Below are positions 7,576 through 15,987 of a stretch of 64,000 bases of DNA, piece by piece. Origin of the DNA: a virus; the IMG/VR virus record IMGVR_UViG_3300047160_003234, positions 1-64,000 of that record. One strand, given 5' to 3'. Numbering within the stretch: position 1 is the stretch's first letter; each line of letters begins with the position of its first letter. The notes under the pieces are model-generated. The model was not told the origin of the DNA, searched no databases, and worked only from the letters and a program-made list of their open reading frames with translations. The position numbers and the translations under genes were made by a program.

Positions 7576-8683
7576 CCAAAAAAGCCCCTATAAATTGAGC
7601 GGCAAGTTGAGGCACCAAAGAATTTCCATATCCTCTCAGCAATCCGACTCTGTTCGGCATTCCTTCAACGAGGAGCGGGACCGTTTCGCCTTCACGGCCA
7701 AACCAGCCAAGATCCACTCCGGGGGAAAGTTCATCAACCAGCCTACGAACACGGCGTTCAAGACCCCGCGGAACGCGCCGCGTTTTTCCGTCCGCTCCGG
7801 CGAGCCAGACGGCGTCGGACCAGAAGCCGCCCGCGCCTGATTGCTCAGTCCCTCGAAATACCCCGACCTTGATGTCCGGTCGCAAGTCTCGCCCACCCTC
7901 GGCGTCGCCCACGCCATCAAGACCTGTTCCGACAGGTTCAGTTGATGCCCGGTTTCCTGACGCTTCGCCGCTTTCTCCGGGTCCGTGTACGCGTTCGGTG
8001 TCCGCCACGCGCTCGCCGCCTGTGCCGGCAGCGGCGTCCCGCCCGCTCCGAACTTCATGTTGGGGCCACCCTTCTCCCCGTCGCTCGCTCGTGGCGTGCT
8101 CCATGCGCTCGCTATCGCAACCACCTTCCGCGAGAAATCGTTGTTCCCCGCCTCGTTGTTCCCATTCTGCGTGGGCCACCCAGAACAGCCGCTCGCGGCG
8201 GTGCGGCGCGCCGACGGCGCAAGCCGGCAGACAGGCGGCCCCAACCCGATATCCTGCTCCCTCCAGTTGAGATCGAACTCCGGCGAGCCATTGATATCCA
8301 AGCTTGCCCGCAACCTGCTCGCCAACAACCGCTGGAAATCCGCACTCGGAGATGAGGTTGAAAAAAGCGGGCCAGAGGTCTCGTTGGTCGTTATCCGCCT
8401 TTCCTTGTCCCGCCACAGAGAAGGGTTGGCAGGGACAGGAGCCGGTGGCGATGGGACGATCCGCGGGCCATCCAGCAAGCTCAAGGGCGTAGGGCCAGCC
8501 GCCAATCCCGGCGAAGAAATGGCATTGCCGAAAAGATCGAAGGTCGGCGGATCTGACATCCGTGATTGATCTCTCGTCGACCTCGCCATCCGGTATCAGA
8601 TCCGCCTTGATGAGTTCGCGCAGCCACGCCGCAGCGAATGGATCGTTTTCATTGTAATAGTTCACGCCACTCAACCCAATCAA
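7568..8683 (-). CDS. C5 cytosine DNA methyltransferase, alpha polypeptide
   Basis: Motifs I FFAGIGG, IV SCPCQPFS, VI EQV, VIII PHRRERLFW, X GYGNSLVPQ; motif IX not seen in this frame. Confidence 0.9.
   Translation of the reverse strand: MIGLSGVNYYNENDPFAAAWLRELIKADLIPDGEVDERSITDVRSADLRSFRQCHFFAGIGGWPYALELAGWPADRPIATGSCPCQPFSVAGQGKADNDQRDLWPAFFNLISECGFPAVVGEQVAGKLGYQWLAGVRSQLEGAGYRVGAACLPACAVGAPHRRERLFWVAHAEWEQRGGEQRFLAEGGCDSERMEHATSERRGEGWPQHEVRSGRDAAAGTGGERVADTERVHGPGESGEASGNRASTEPVGTGLDGVGDAEGGRDLRPDIKVGVFRGTEQSGAGGFWSDAVWLAGADGKTRRVPRGLERRVRRLVDELSPGVDLGWFGREGETVPLLVEGMPNRVGLLRGYGNSLVPQLAAQFIGAFLDA
7636..8559 (-). CDS. Nested alternative-frame beta polypeptide of the C5 methyltransferase
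   Basis: About 300-codon ORF inside the alpha gene; repeated W-x-T-P units and motif IX-like LNAVFVGWLMNFPPEW. Confidence 0.75.
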   Translation of the reverse strand: MSDPPTFDLFGNAISSPGLAAGPTPLSLLDGPRIVPSPPAPVPANPSLWRDKERRITTNETSGPLFSTSSPSADFQRLLASRLRASLDINGSPEFDLNWREQDIGLGPPVCRLAPSARRTAASGCSGWPTQNGNNEAGNNDFSRKVVAIASAWSTPRASDGEKGGPNMKFGAGGTPLPAQAASAWRTPNAYTDPEKAAKRQETGHQLNLSEQVLMAWATPRVGETCDRTSRSGYFEGLSNQARAASGPTPSGSPERTEKRGAFRGVLNAVFVGWLMNFPPEWILAGLAVKAKRSRSSLKECRTESDC

Positions 8684-8692
8684 TCCTCATCC

Positions 8693-8707
8693 TTGCAGTC
8701 TATGCAA
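8693..8707. promoter_or_regulatory. Operator-like palindrome TTGCAGTCTATGCAA
   Basis: Directly upstream of the methyltransferase start. Confidence 0.5.
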
Positions 8708-8927
8708 CCTTGCCCGCCTTCCGCAAGCGGTCCCGATTCCTCCGCCCAAGCTTCCGCTCCGCCGCCAAAATCAACGCCACAACATCAGGCTGGGGAAGAC
8801 GACTCAAAATATCAACCGCCCGCTCGGGATCAATCACCCCAGCCTTCCACGCCCGCAACATCTCAATCGCCCGCGCAACAGGTATCAGATCAAGCCCGTT
8901 AACCCCGTTCCCATCCTCCCGCGTCAT
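8700..8927 (-). CDS. Hypothetical protein
   Basis: ORF at the head of the leftward operon. Confidence 0.5.
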   Translation of the reverse strand: MTREDGNGVNGLDLIPVARAIEMLRAWKAGVIDPERAVDILSRLPQPDVVALILAAERKLGRRNRDRLRKAGKVA

Positions 8928-8998
8928 TTTCCGCAGCCTCCGCAGCTTCCCGTCCTCTTAGCGGAAGTCATGGAAAGTGTCGAGAACGCAGATCATGT

Positions 8999-9036
8999 GC
9001 AGAAGTCGCGGAAATGGCAGAAGTCGCGGAAATGGC
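8999..9036. repeat. Tandem 18-bp direct repeat GCAGAAGTCGCGGAAATG x2
   Basis: Perfect tandem copies plus a degenerate copy near 8961. Confidence 0.85.
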
Positions 9037-9809
9037 TTCTCACACAGAATTTTTTTGTACAGATAGTTTGGGGAGAAGAGAGATTCATAATTGACGTGCT
9101 GTCAATGTCAATCTTGGTGGGCGAGCCCCCCCCACCACCCTTCCAGCCCACTGGCGGCGCCCTATTAGGTCAGGCGCGATCCCGGCCTGTAATGGCGCTC
9201 CCTCATGTCATGGCGCTACAGCACCATTACGCTCGGAGTCGCTCGGATTTGCTGGAGTCTCGAGGCGCAGCTACACGAGTGATCGCTCGAGCGCGCAGTC
9301 GTACGATCAGCGGAAGGCGCCGCGCCTGTTCGGTTCGGGATAGCCGAGGTTCGGAAACACCGTAGCTCAACAGGCGCCGGGGATGCTAACCCCCTGCAAT
9401 CGTTAGCATGATCTGGAGAAGCTGAGCCGCCTCTTTGACAGAGGACCGACGAAGCGAGAGCGAGGAGGGACGGGTGGAGAAGAGGCGAGCGAGGTATCGA
9501 CATTTGGACATTAGGGGGGACGTATGGAGGGACATTTACGTGCGGTAGGCACGTTTCTCTTTAGAGAAACACGGTGCATCTTACGCGCGCACGAGGAGCA
9601 CTGAGTCGTAGAGTGCTAACGGTATTGCGTTGTGTGTCCTTATAAGACACACGCAACCAGCACTATGGTTGAACCAGTGTAAGTGCGTCTTGCAAGGAGC
9701 ACTGTGGGGAAATCGGGAGATGGAGGGGCGAAGGCGCTTTCAACGGGAGGGATTGACGCCGATGGCTGATTGGGTTTGCTATTGCAGATCGTGTAAGTGA
9801 GAGGCGGCG

Positions 9810-10532
9810 ATGATTGGTCTGGCTGGTGAAGAGCGGGCGTTTGCGAGCGCCAAGGAAGCTCACGACTATCTGTACGGAACATCGATTGAGAGCAAGAAAG
9901 GCAAGGGCAAGGCCGGAAAGGCGATTGCTGTTTTCGAGCGAGGGAAAGATGAACCGTGCGCGACGTTTCGTGTGCGACGACCGGGGGAGGGGGCCAAATA
10001 CACCGACCCTGTTGTCAGCGTCCTGATCAGGGACGGGGAGGAGCGGCGTTTCATCGATTGTTTCTGGGTGAGGCCGAGCGGAGCGTTGGACTTTCAAAAG
10101 CGCTACGCCAAGCAGTGGGAGACGCTGCGGGACGTGCGGATTGTAAGCCGCATCTGGTCGAGGCTGCGAGAGAACGTCATTCCAGACAACGTCGAGCTAT
10201 GGCCGGATGAGGCCTTGCAGATGAAGCGGCGCCAGCGCTTTGAGGCGACCCATGAAGGGCTTTGGCGCTGCCTCTTGGCGAATCTGAGACACGCGAGGCG
10301 GGGCAACTACGCGACGGTCCTGATGGATCGGCTGACGAGGTTTGGCGACCTTACGGCTTTGGAGCTTGCGGAGATCGCGGCGTGGGAAAAGATGACCGAG
10401 CCTCTGCGTTTTTGCGAGCGGTGCGGCGAGGGGCTGAAGGAGGACGAACCGGGCAAGATATGCCGACGCTGTGTCCGCAAGGAAATCGAAGAAGACGAAG
10501 GCCACTCGATTGATTGGGAATCCCATGACTGA
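9810..10532 (+). CDS. Hypothetical protein with C-terminal zinc ribbon
   Basis: GAGG SD; CERC...CRRC. Confidence 0.7.
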   Translation: MIGLAGEERAFASAKEAHDYLYGTSIESKKGKGKAGKAIAVFERGKDEPCATFRVRRPGEGAKYTDPVVSVLIRDGEERRFIDCFWVRPSGALDFQKRYAKQWETLRDVRIVSRIWSRLRENVIPDNVELWPDEALQMKRRQRFEATHEGLWRCLLANLRHARRGNYATVLMDRLTRFGDLTALELAEIAAWEKMTEPLRFCERCGEGLKEDEPGKICRRCVRKEIEEDEGHSIDWESHD

Positions 10533-10770
10533 CCCGATGATTGTTCCGCCTGAGATGGAGGGTTCGCGCGAGCGGGCTTTGCTGAAGCATGGGCTTCAGG
10601 AGCTGCTGCGGGCGGCGCTGAGAGGGGGCGCGCTCCCGGCGAGGGGATTGATCGAGACGTGGGAGCTTCGGCCGCCAGCGGGCTCGGGAGAGCGCTGGAT
10701 TGCGAGCGTGGTGTGTGGCGCCGGTGAGGGAGCGGGAATGACCGACATCACCCTGCTGGAGCGGAAGTGA
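10525..10770 (+). CDS. Hypothetical protein
   Basis: ATG overlapping the end of the upstream gene. Confidence 0.5.
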   Translation: MTDPMIVPPEMEGSRERALLKHGLQELLRAALRGGALPARGLIETWELRPPAGSGERWIASVVCGAGEGAGMTDITLLERK

Positions 10771-10771
10771 G

Positions 10772-11323
10772 GTGGGGTGGGATTGCGACCGGTGCTATCC
10801 GGCGGGACATCCACCTTGCGGGGCGCCGAATTGCCAAAGCCGATGGGTGGAGGAACGGATGAGGACTGAGGCTGAGCGAAAGGCGGCGGAAGGGATGATC
10901 GACGCCGCAAAGGTCCGAAAGGCGTTTGAGGCCAATCGCGGCGATCGCCTGCGCCGGGGCGTAGAGTGGAGATTAACATTCGATCAGTGGTGGAGGCTTT
11001 GGGAAAGCCACTGGCACGAACGGGGCAATCGGAGAGGACAATATGTCCTAGCTCGCAACGGGGATTGTGGGGCTTACGAGCTTGGCAATGTCCGCATCTG
11101 CACTGTGAGTGAGAACATTCAAGAGGCTGGTTGGACCCGGCGTGAGCAAAGGCGCTCAAAAATGAACTGGTCTAAGCCGGGGTTCAAGGCAGCACGCGAG
11201 CGGCGAATAGCGCTCTCAGATAGCGCAAGCCGCGGGCTGCGTCGTCGAATAAACAAAGAACTGAAGTGGGAACGCACTCTTCGTAAGCTCGCACGTTGGG
11301 AAGCCAGCATGACTAAAGCATAA
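10772..11323 (+). CDS. His-Me finger/HNH-like endonuclease
   Basis: RRGVEWRLTFDQWWRLW...YVLARNGDCGAYELGNVRICTVSEN, typical of small phage homing-type nucleases; start uncertain. Confidence 0.7.
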   Translation: MGWDCDRCYPAGHPPCGAPNCQSRWVEERMRTEAERKAAEGMIDAAKVRKAFEANRGDRLRRGVEWRLTFDQWWRLWESHWHERGNRRGQYVLARNGDCGAYELGNVRICTVSENIQEAGWTRREQRRSKMNWSKPGFKAARERRIALSDSASRGLRRRINKELKWERTLRKLARWEASMTKA

Positions 11324-11546
11324 CAAAATCAAAGCACTTCACGAACCTATGCAGCGAGCTATGATCTGGAAGCATATCGAGCCGCCCAAAATGACCCAAA
11401 ATACGTACCCGAATGAAAGACGGTATTAGGCTAGGATTGTCTAGGAAGGCCGCTGGCAGGGGTTAAATTTGCATGGTATGCAGATGAGGGGCAAATAAGG
11501 CAGCCGTCTGTGAGGCTGTAAGGCCGCTTTGTAGCGGGAGGCGAAA

Positions 11547-11684
11547 ATGGCGCGAAACTGGCAAGACGAGCTGTTCAGGATGGAGCGGGCTCGGGCGTGG
11601 GCGGTCGTCTGGTCGATCCTCGTCCTTCTTCTGTTGTTTGTGGCGGTCTGGCAACTGGGCGACCTCGTGGCGAGGCATCCTTGA
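11547..11684 (+). CDS. Small single-TM membrane protein (45 aa)
   Basis: GGGAGG SD; AWAVVWSILVLLLLFVAVW; below the ORF-track cutoff. Confidence 0.6.
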   Translation: MARNWQDELFRMERARAWAVVWSILVLLLLFVAVWQLGDLVARHP

Positions 11685-11965
11685 CCAAGGTGCGAATGCT
11701 TGAGGCGGCGAAGGACGTGGGCGCTCGGTGCGCCTACGAGGACGCGGCAGAGATCGTCGAGGGATGGATTGCGGCGGCGCCGAAGGAAGTGACCGAGGGG
11801 CGGGACGATCACGTGATGAAGGCGAAGGACGCGCTGGAAATGCTGATTAGCCTCGCCCGGGTCTTTCGCCAGAGAGCAGCAGCCCATGGGGTGCGGGCCG
11901 AGATCGAGACGCTCGCGCTTGAAGAGGGCGAGAGGAAGCGCAGGGAAGCCCATGGACAGGGCTAG
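11681..11965 (+). CDS. Hypothetical helical protein (paralog A)
   Basis: TTGA start/stop overlap; similar to the next gene. Confidence 0.6.
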   Translation: MTKVRMLEAAKDVGARCAYEDAAEIVEGWIAAAPKEVTEGRDDHVMKAKDALEMLISLARVFRQRAAAHGVRAEIETLALEEGERKRREAHGQG

Positions 11966-12212
11966 GGCGCAAGAGCGGGGGAAAGCTCTGCTTCAGGCCG
12001 CAGCCGATCAGGGGGCCTGCTGGGCCTACCGGGAGGCCGCCAAGGTCATCGATGATACGCGGGAGCAGTGGCTGATCTTGGGGGTGGAGGTGGCTCTAGC
12101 GAGCTTGCAGTCGGCCTTCAGGATCAAGGCGGACCTGTGCGAGAGCCGGGTTCAGATGGCGAAGGCGCTTCATGGCCACGACGATCCGGTCGAGCCAGAG
12201 GGCGCCCCATAA
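11952..12212 (+). CDS. Hypothetical helical protein (paralog B)
   Basis: LLQAAADQGACWAYREAAKVID aligns with MLEAAKDVGARCAYEDAAEIVE. Confidence 0.6.
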   Translation: MDRARAQERGKALLQAAADQGACWAYREAAKVIDDTREQWLILGVEVALASLQSAFRIKADLCESRVQMAKALHGHDDPVEPEGAP

Positions 12213-12283
12213 GAGTATAAAAGTGTGTGTTTGTCCCTCTGGTGTACCGCCTGACGTCCCTTTTATGGACGCTCCGACCGGCG

Positions 12284-12394
12284 CAGCATCTGGGAAATTT
12301 CGGAACCGAAGAGGAGGCGCATCAGGCGTATTTGAAAGCCAAGGAGCAATTGCACCCATTCAGCAACCATCCGCCATCGCAGCAAGTAAGTTGA
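12284..12394 (+). pseudogene. AP2-domain remnant of an HNH-AP2 gene
   Basis: Translates as QHLGNFGTEEEAHQAYLKAKEQLHPFS, similar to the tail of 1550..2143. Confidence 0.7.
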
Positions 12395-12419
12395 CACGCC
12401 TTGCATGATCTGCTAGAGT
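12391..12419 (+). promoter_or_regulatory. Sigma70-like promoter with overlapping palindrome
   Basis: TTGACA-N17-TAGAGT; TTGCATGATCTGCTA at 12401-12415 in the spacer. Confidence 0.75.
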
Positions 12420-12447
12420 GAATCCGCCACAAACAGGAGTCGAATCC

Positions 12448-12632
12448 ATGACCGACCTTTCCGCACCCCATCTCCGCGATAGCCTCTTGCAGGGACGAGG
12501 CGCGGGCGAAGCGAAAAGCCGCCAGCAAGACCAAGTACACCTGTCCGCAGTGCCAGCAGAACGCATGGGCGAAGCCCGACGCGCACCTCATCTGCGGCGA
12601 CTGCGGCGAGGGGATGGAGCCCGAGCAATGAG
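12448..12632 (+). pseudogene. Internally deleted gene retaining a SprT-like C-terminal zinc ribbon
   Basis: SD and ATG at 12448 are out of frame with KAASKTKYTCPQCQQNAWAKPDAHLICGDC. Confidence 0.55.
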
Positions 12633-12781
12633 CCCGGTGCGGATCAACATGGGCAAGCGGTTTCAAGTGACCCAGCCCAAACAATGCGAGCGAGCGGAAA
12701 CTAAGATGCAGGAGGATAGTCGGGCGGCCTTCTGCGTGCCTTCACGCAGCGCCCATGAGTTCATCAACGAAGGAGTCGAAA

Positions 12782-13450
12782 ATGTCTTGGAAAGTCGAAT
12801 TCAAGGATGTCGGCGGCTGGCACTCTAACCACCTCCGCTTCCCGCGGCAGACTCAAGCGCACGATTGGGGCGAGGAGAAATTCTGGCGCTGGACGGTCCC
12901 GAGCGCTTGGCGCGTCACCGAGACGGCTGATCCCGCCACGCACTGGCGCCGCGCGGACGGCGTCGTCCTGCCGCTCGATCTCCCCGCGGCGCCGCTTATC
13001 GAAAACAACGGCCGGTTCCTCACCGACGCCACTCTGATCGTGATCGACGGCGTCGAGGAACTGCCGCTGACGCTGCGCGAGTTCTTCGAAGCAAACGTGT
13101 ACGGCATTGACGACGACGAGGCGGCCGACATCCGGCGCTCGCTCGCGCGGGACGGCCTCTACCGAGGCGGAGGCGGCGCCGCGGCCGAGTGGACGATCAG
13201 GGTGGCGCCTGCGGCGGGAGGCGGCACGACAGCTGGCCAGGAAAAGCGCTTTCACGTCACGGCGCCCATCCGGGCGCCCGGGGCGTCAGCGTCGTGGAAA
13301 ATCCTGTACGCGACCGACAGTTGGTCGCAAGCGCGGCGGTACGCGCATCTCGCTGTCAAGCACGAAGGCGCGCGCCGCGTCCATATCCGCAATACCGCCG
13401 GTCAAATCGTGGAGCAGTTCCCGAATGCCAGAACGAAACTGTCGAGGTGA
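12782..13450 (+). CDS. Hypothetical multi-module protein
   Basis: AGGAG SD and ATG at 12782. Confidence 0.7.
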   Translation: MSWKVEFKDVGGWHSNHLRFPRQTQAHDWGEEKFWRWTVPSAWRVTETADPATHWRRADGVVLPLDLPAAPLIENNGRFLTDATLIVIDGVEELPLTLREFFEANVYGIDDDEAADIRRSLARDGLYRGGGGAAAEWTIRVAPAAGGGTTAGQEKRFHVTAPIRAPGASASWKILYATDSWSQARRYAHLAVKHEGARRVHIRNTAGQIVEQFPNARTKLSR

Positions 13451-13653
13451 CCGTCAACTACAAGAACCAAGAACGCCCAGCCTTCTGCTGCGCCGAGCAC
13501 GCGGCGCTGTGGCTGCTGGGGAGAGAACGGAGACTGTGGCCGACCAACATTCCCGAGCAACAGCGGATCGAGCGCATTGTGCTCACCGTCGCGGGCGTCA
13601 GATCGGCAATGGTCTTGGGGGATGGTGACTGGTTAAGGGAGCAGTTCTCATGA
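13447..13653 (+). CDS. Hypothetical protein
   Basis: GTGA overlap with upstream stop. Confidence 0.5.
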   Translation: MTVNYKNQERPAFCCAEHAALWLLGRERRLWPTNIPEQQRIERIVLTVAGVRSAMVLGDGDWLREQFS

Positions 13654-13874
13654 TGGTCGTACGATTGCGCCGCGGCTGGCGCATCCATCTCAGCGACTGC
13701 GAGATGCGCCTCATGCAAGCCGTCGCCGACCATGGGCTCGCCGACTTCGCCGACACCGACCAAGGGGCCACGCTCGGCATCTGGGAGCGCAAGGCCCTCT
13801 ACAGCGACCGCTGGCAGGCGATCGGCGGCCCGCTGCGACACATTGACTCCGACCACGGTCACAAGTCAGACTAG
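13650..13874 (+). CDS. Hypothetical protein
   Basis: ATGA overlap; GGGAG SD. Confidence 0.55.
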   Translation: MMVVRLRRGWRIHLSDCEMRLMQAVADHGLADFADTDQGATLGIWERKALYSDRWQAIGGPLRHIDSDHGHKSD

Positions 13875-13899
13875 AGGCCCCTGAATGATCGATCCTTGG

Positions 13900-13934
13900 C
13901 GGCCCCGCTCTAGCCCGGCGCGGGGCCGTTTTTT
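13900..13934 (+). terminator. Rho-independent terminator
   Basis: CGGCCCCGC/GCGGGGCCG stem followed by TTTTTT. Confidence 0.85.
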
Positions 13935-14029
13935 ATCATTGCCAAAAAATGTCTTGCGAATGAAATACAGTTCATGCAAGATGGCTTTTGCGGGGCAAGG
14001 TGCCTCGCGTCCAGTTAGGGGACTTCATC

Positions 14030-14686
14030 ATGAGAACCTACCTCCTCGCCGCGGCCTCCGCGGCGGTACTGAGTTTTGCGTCTCCAGCGTTCGCGTCTCT
14101 CCTCGTTCCGCCGACAGCGTCGGACTGCTGCACGCCCGACAATCTGCTTCTCAACAGCAGCTCGGTGCTCCTGAACAGCATCATTGACCAGCCGTTTGCG
14201 TCGACACTCAATACCGCGACGCACAACGACTTCTCTGGCGTTTATTCCGAGTGGGCTTACTCGAATCCAGACAACGCTTTTGGAGCGGGTGACGTGACGC
14301 TCATCATTCAGGTGACAAGCGATGCGGGTTCGACCGAGTCGATTGACCGGGTCACGGCGTCCGACTTCACCGGGCTTTCCACTGATGCGGGCATCATCAC
14401 CGGCTCGGGTGGCGTTCTGCCTTTGAGCGTCGACCGGACCAGCGAGGGGCCGGTGGGCTTCAACGGTTCGCTGGGAGCGGGGTTCACGACAGCCTTCTAC
14501 CAGATCGACACCAACGGGCTCAGTGTCGTGCCCGGCAACGTCTCGATGATCAATGACGGCACGAGCACCAATCCCGGGTTCAGCGCCGCCATCCCCGAGA
14601 CGCGGACATGGGCGATGGCGCTTATCGGCTTCGCCATGCTGGGGCTGATCGGGTTACGTAAGCGTTCGGCGCGTTTCGCCGTCTGA
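14030..14686 (+). CDS. PEPxxWA-CTERM (PEP-CTERM-type) sorting domain protein 1
   Basis: Sec signal ending SPAFA; tail IPETRTWAMALIGFAMLGLIGLRKRSAR (motif, TM helix, basic cluster). Confidence 0.9.
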   Translation: MRTYLLAAASAAVLSFASPAFASLLVPPTASDCCTPDNLLLNSSSVLLNSIIDQPFASTLNTATHNDFSGVYSEWAYSNPDNAFGAGDVTLIIQVTSDAGSTESIDRVTASDFTGLSTDAGIITGSGGVLPLSVDRTSEGPVGFNGSLGAGFTTAFYQIDTNGLSVVPGNVSMINDGTSTNPGFSAAIPETRTWAMALIGFAMLGLIGLRKRSARFAV

Positions 14687-14763
14687 CTTTTGGCTCTGTT
14701 CTGGTTTGGCTTGGGCGTCGCTGTCGGCGTCGCCCTCGCCAGCTTCTACTGGGGATTAAGAAC

Positions 14764-15564
14764 ATGAAACGCATTCTTCTGGCGAGCGTCATGCTCGCCG
14801 CACTGCCGACATCGGCGGCCTACGCCGCTGGATGCACTACCGTCGCAGGCTCGACCGCGAACCTTCACTTTCTGTCGTGTACGTCCGACTCTCAAGCCAA
14901 CGACGGCGACGACGTGAAGATGTTCGTTGACGGAGTCGGCGGCGGCACGACCATCACCGGCTCGCTCGCCAAGAACAGTCAGGCCGCCGTCAACCAGAAC
15001 ATATCGTTTACTTCCACCGGCACCGGCTTTGACGCCTCGACCGATGGCAACGGCTTCGCCAACTTCAAGTCGATCATGGACGATGTGAGCGGCTACACGG
15101 CGACGCCGATTGTGCCGTCCACCATCCCCTCGACCATGACGCCGTTTCTTGGCTTTGACGGCGAGTTGTTTCGGGGCCAACTGGCGGAAAGCATCGTCAC
15201 CGGGGCCGGGACGTGGAATGGCGACGTGAGCGTGGTGGTCAATCTGAGCGACGGCACTCAGGACATCCATACGTTCACCGGCTTCTCGACCAACAACGAC
15301 ATCGGGGTGCTTGGCTTCGACGAGAACAACGATCCCGGTGTATTTGTTACCAGCGCCTTTGCGTATGCGGGTGACGTGACCTCGACCGGGGCGCCGATCC
15401 TCGCCGGGTCAGGCTCGTGGGACGAATACAAGCAGATCGAGTTCAGTGTTCCCGGTCAGGTCGCCAGCGTGCCGGAAACGCGAACATGGGCGATGGTGCT
15501 CATGGGCTTCGGGCTTTTGGGCCTTGCCGCGGCGAAGAAGAGAGGAACGATCTCGATCGCGTAG
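14764..15564 (+). CDS. PEPxxWA-CTERM sorting domain protein 2
   Basis: Sec signal ending SAAYA; tail VPETRTWAMVLMGFGLLGLAAAKKR. Confidence 0.9.
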   Translation: MKRILLASVMLAALPTSAAYAAGCTTVAGSTANLHFLSCTSDSQANDGDDVKMFVDGVGGGTTITGSLAKNSQAAVNQNISFTSTGTGFDASTDGNGFANFKSIMDDVSGYTATPIVPSTIPSTMTPFLGFDGELFRGQLAESIVTGAGTWNGDVSVVVNLSDGTQDIHTFTGFSTNNDIGVLGFDENNDPGVFVTSAFAYAGDVTSTGAPILAGSGSWDEYKQIEFSVPGQVASVPETRTWAMVLMGFGLLGLAAAKKRGTISIA

Positions 15565-15648
15565 TTTGAAGGTTCGCGGCTTGGGCTGGCGGTTAATCCC
15601 CATTACCGCCTAGCCGACAGCAAAAGTTTGCCCCTGCGCGCCGCGAAA

Positions 15649-15691
15649 GGGAGCCCGGTTCGCCGCCAAGGGGCCGGGCTCCCACTTTTTT
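15649..15691 (+). terminator. Rho-independent terminator
   Basis: GGGAGCCCGG/CCGGGCTCCC stem and T run. Confidence 0.8.
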
Positions 15692-15702
15692 GACGGGGGA
15701 AG

Positions 15703-15915
15703 ATGAAACGCCTGCGCGCCTTCCTCGCCCGCGACGACGCCGATACGAAGCTCGTCTGGAACGGCATGATCGCTCTCGGGTTCGCGTTTTTCGCCAAATT
15801 CGTTCTGCCGTTCTTTATCGGCCCTCAGCATTTGGTGACGTGGGTCATGTTCATCATCGCGACATGCCTGATTGCTGGCGGATGGGCGATTGGCCTAGCG
15901 CGCCGCTTTCACTGA
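15703..15915 (+). CDS. Small two-TM membrane protein
   Basis: Two hydrophobic segments; GGGGGA SD. Confidence 0.65.
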   Translation: MKRLRAFLARDDADTKLVWNGMIALGFAFFAKFVLPFFIGPQHLVTWVMFIIATCLIAGGWAIGLARRFH

Positions 15916-15950
15916 CCTCCCCAAATTTGCTAGTTGCAGTCCGCGCAATC

Positions 15951-15965
15951 TTGCATATGATGCAA
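15951..15965. promoter_or_regulatory. Palindrome TTGCATATGATGCAA with perfect arms
   Basis: Upstream of the third PEP-CTERM gene; degenerate copy at 15934-15948. Confidence 0.6.
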
Positions 15966-15987
15966 GGTGGTTGCGGAGGAAATGGGT

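Noticed and set aside
8999-9036. Possible CRISPR or iteron array
   Set aside because: Only two adjacent perfect copies, no spacers and no cas genes
9355-9430. tRNA-like GTAGCTCAA segment
   Set aside because: No T-arm or acceptor stem could be built
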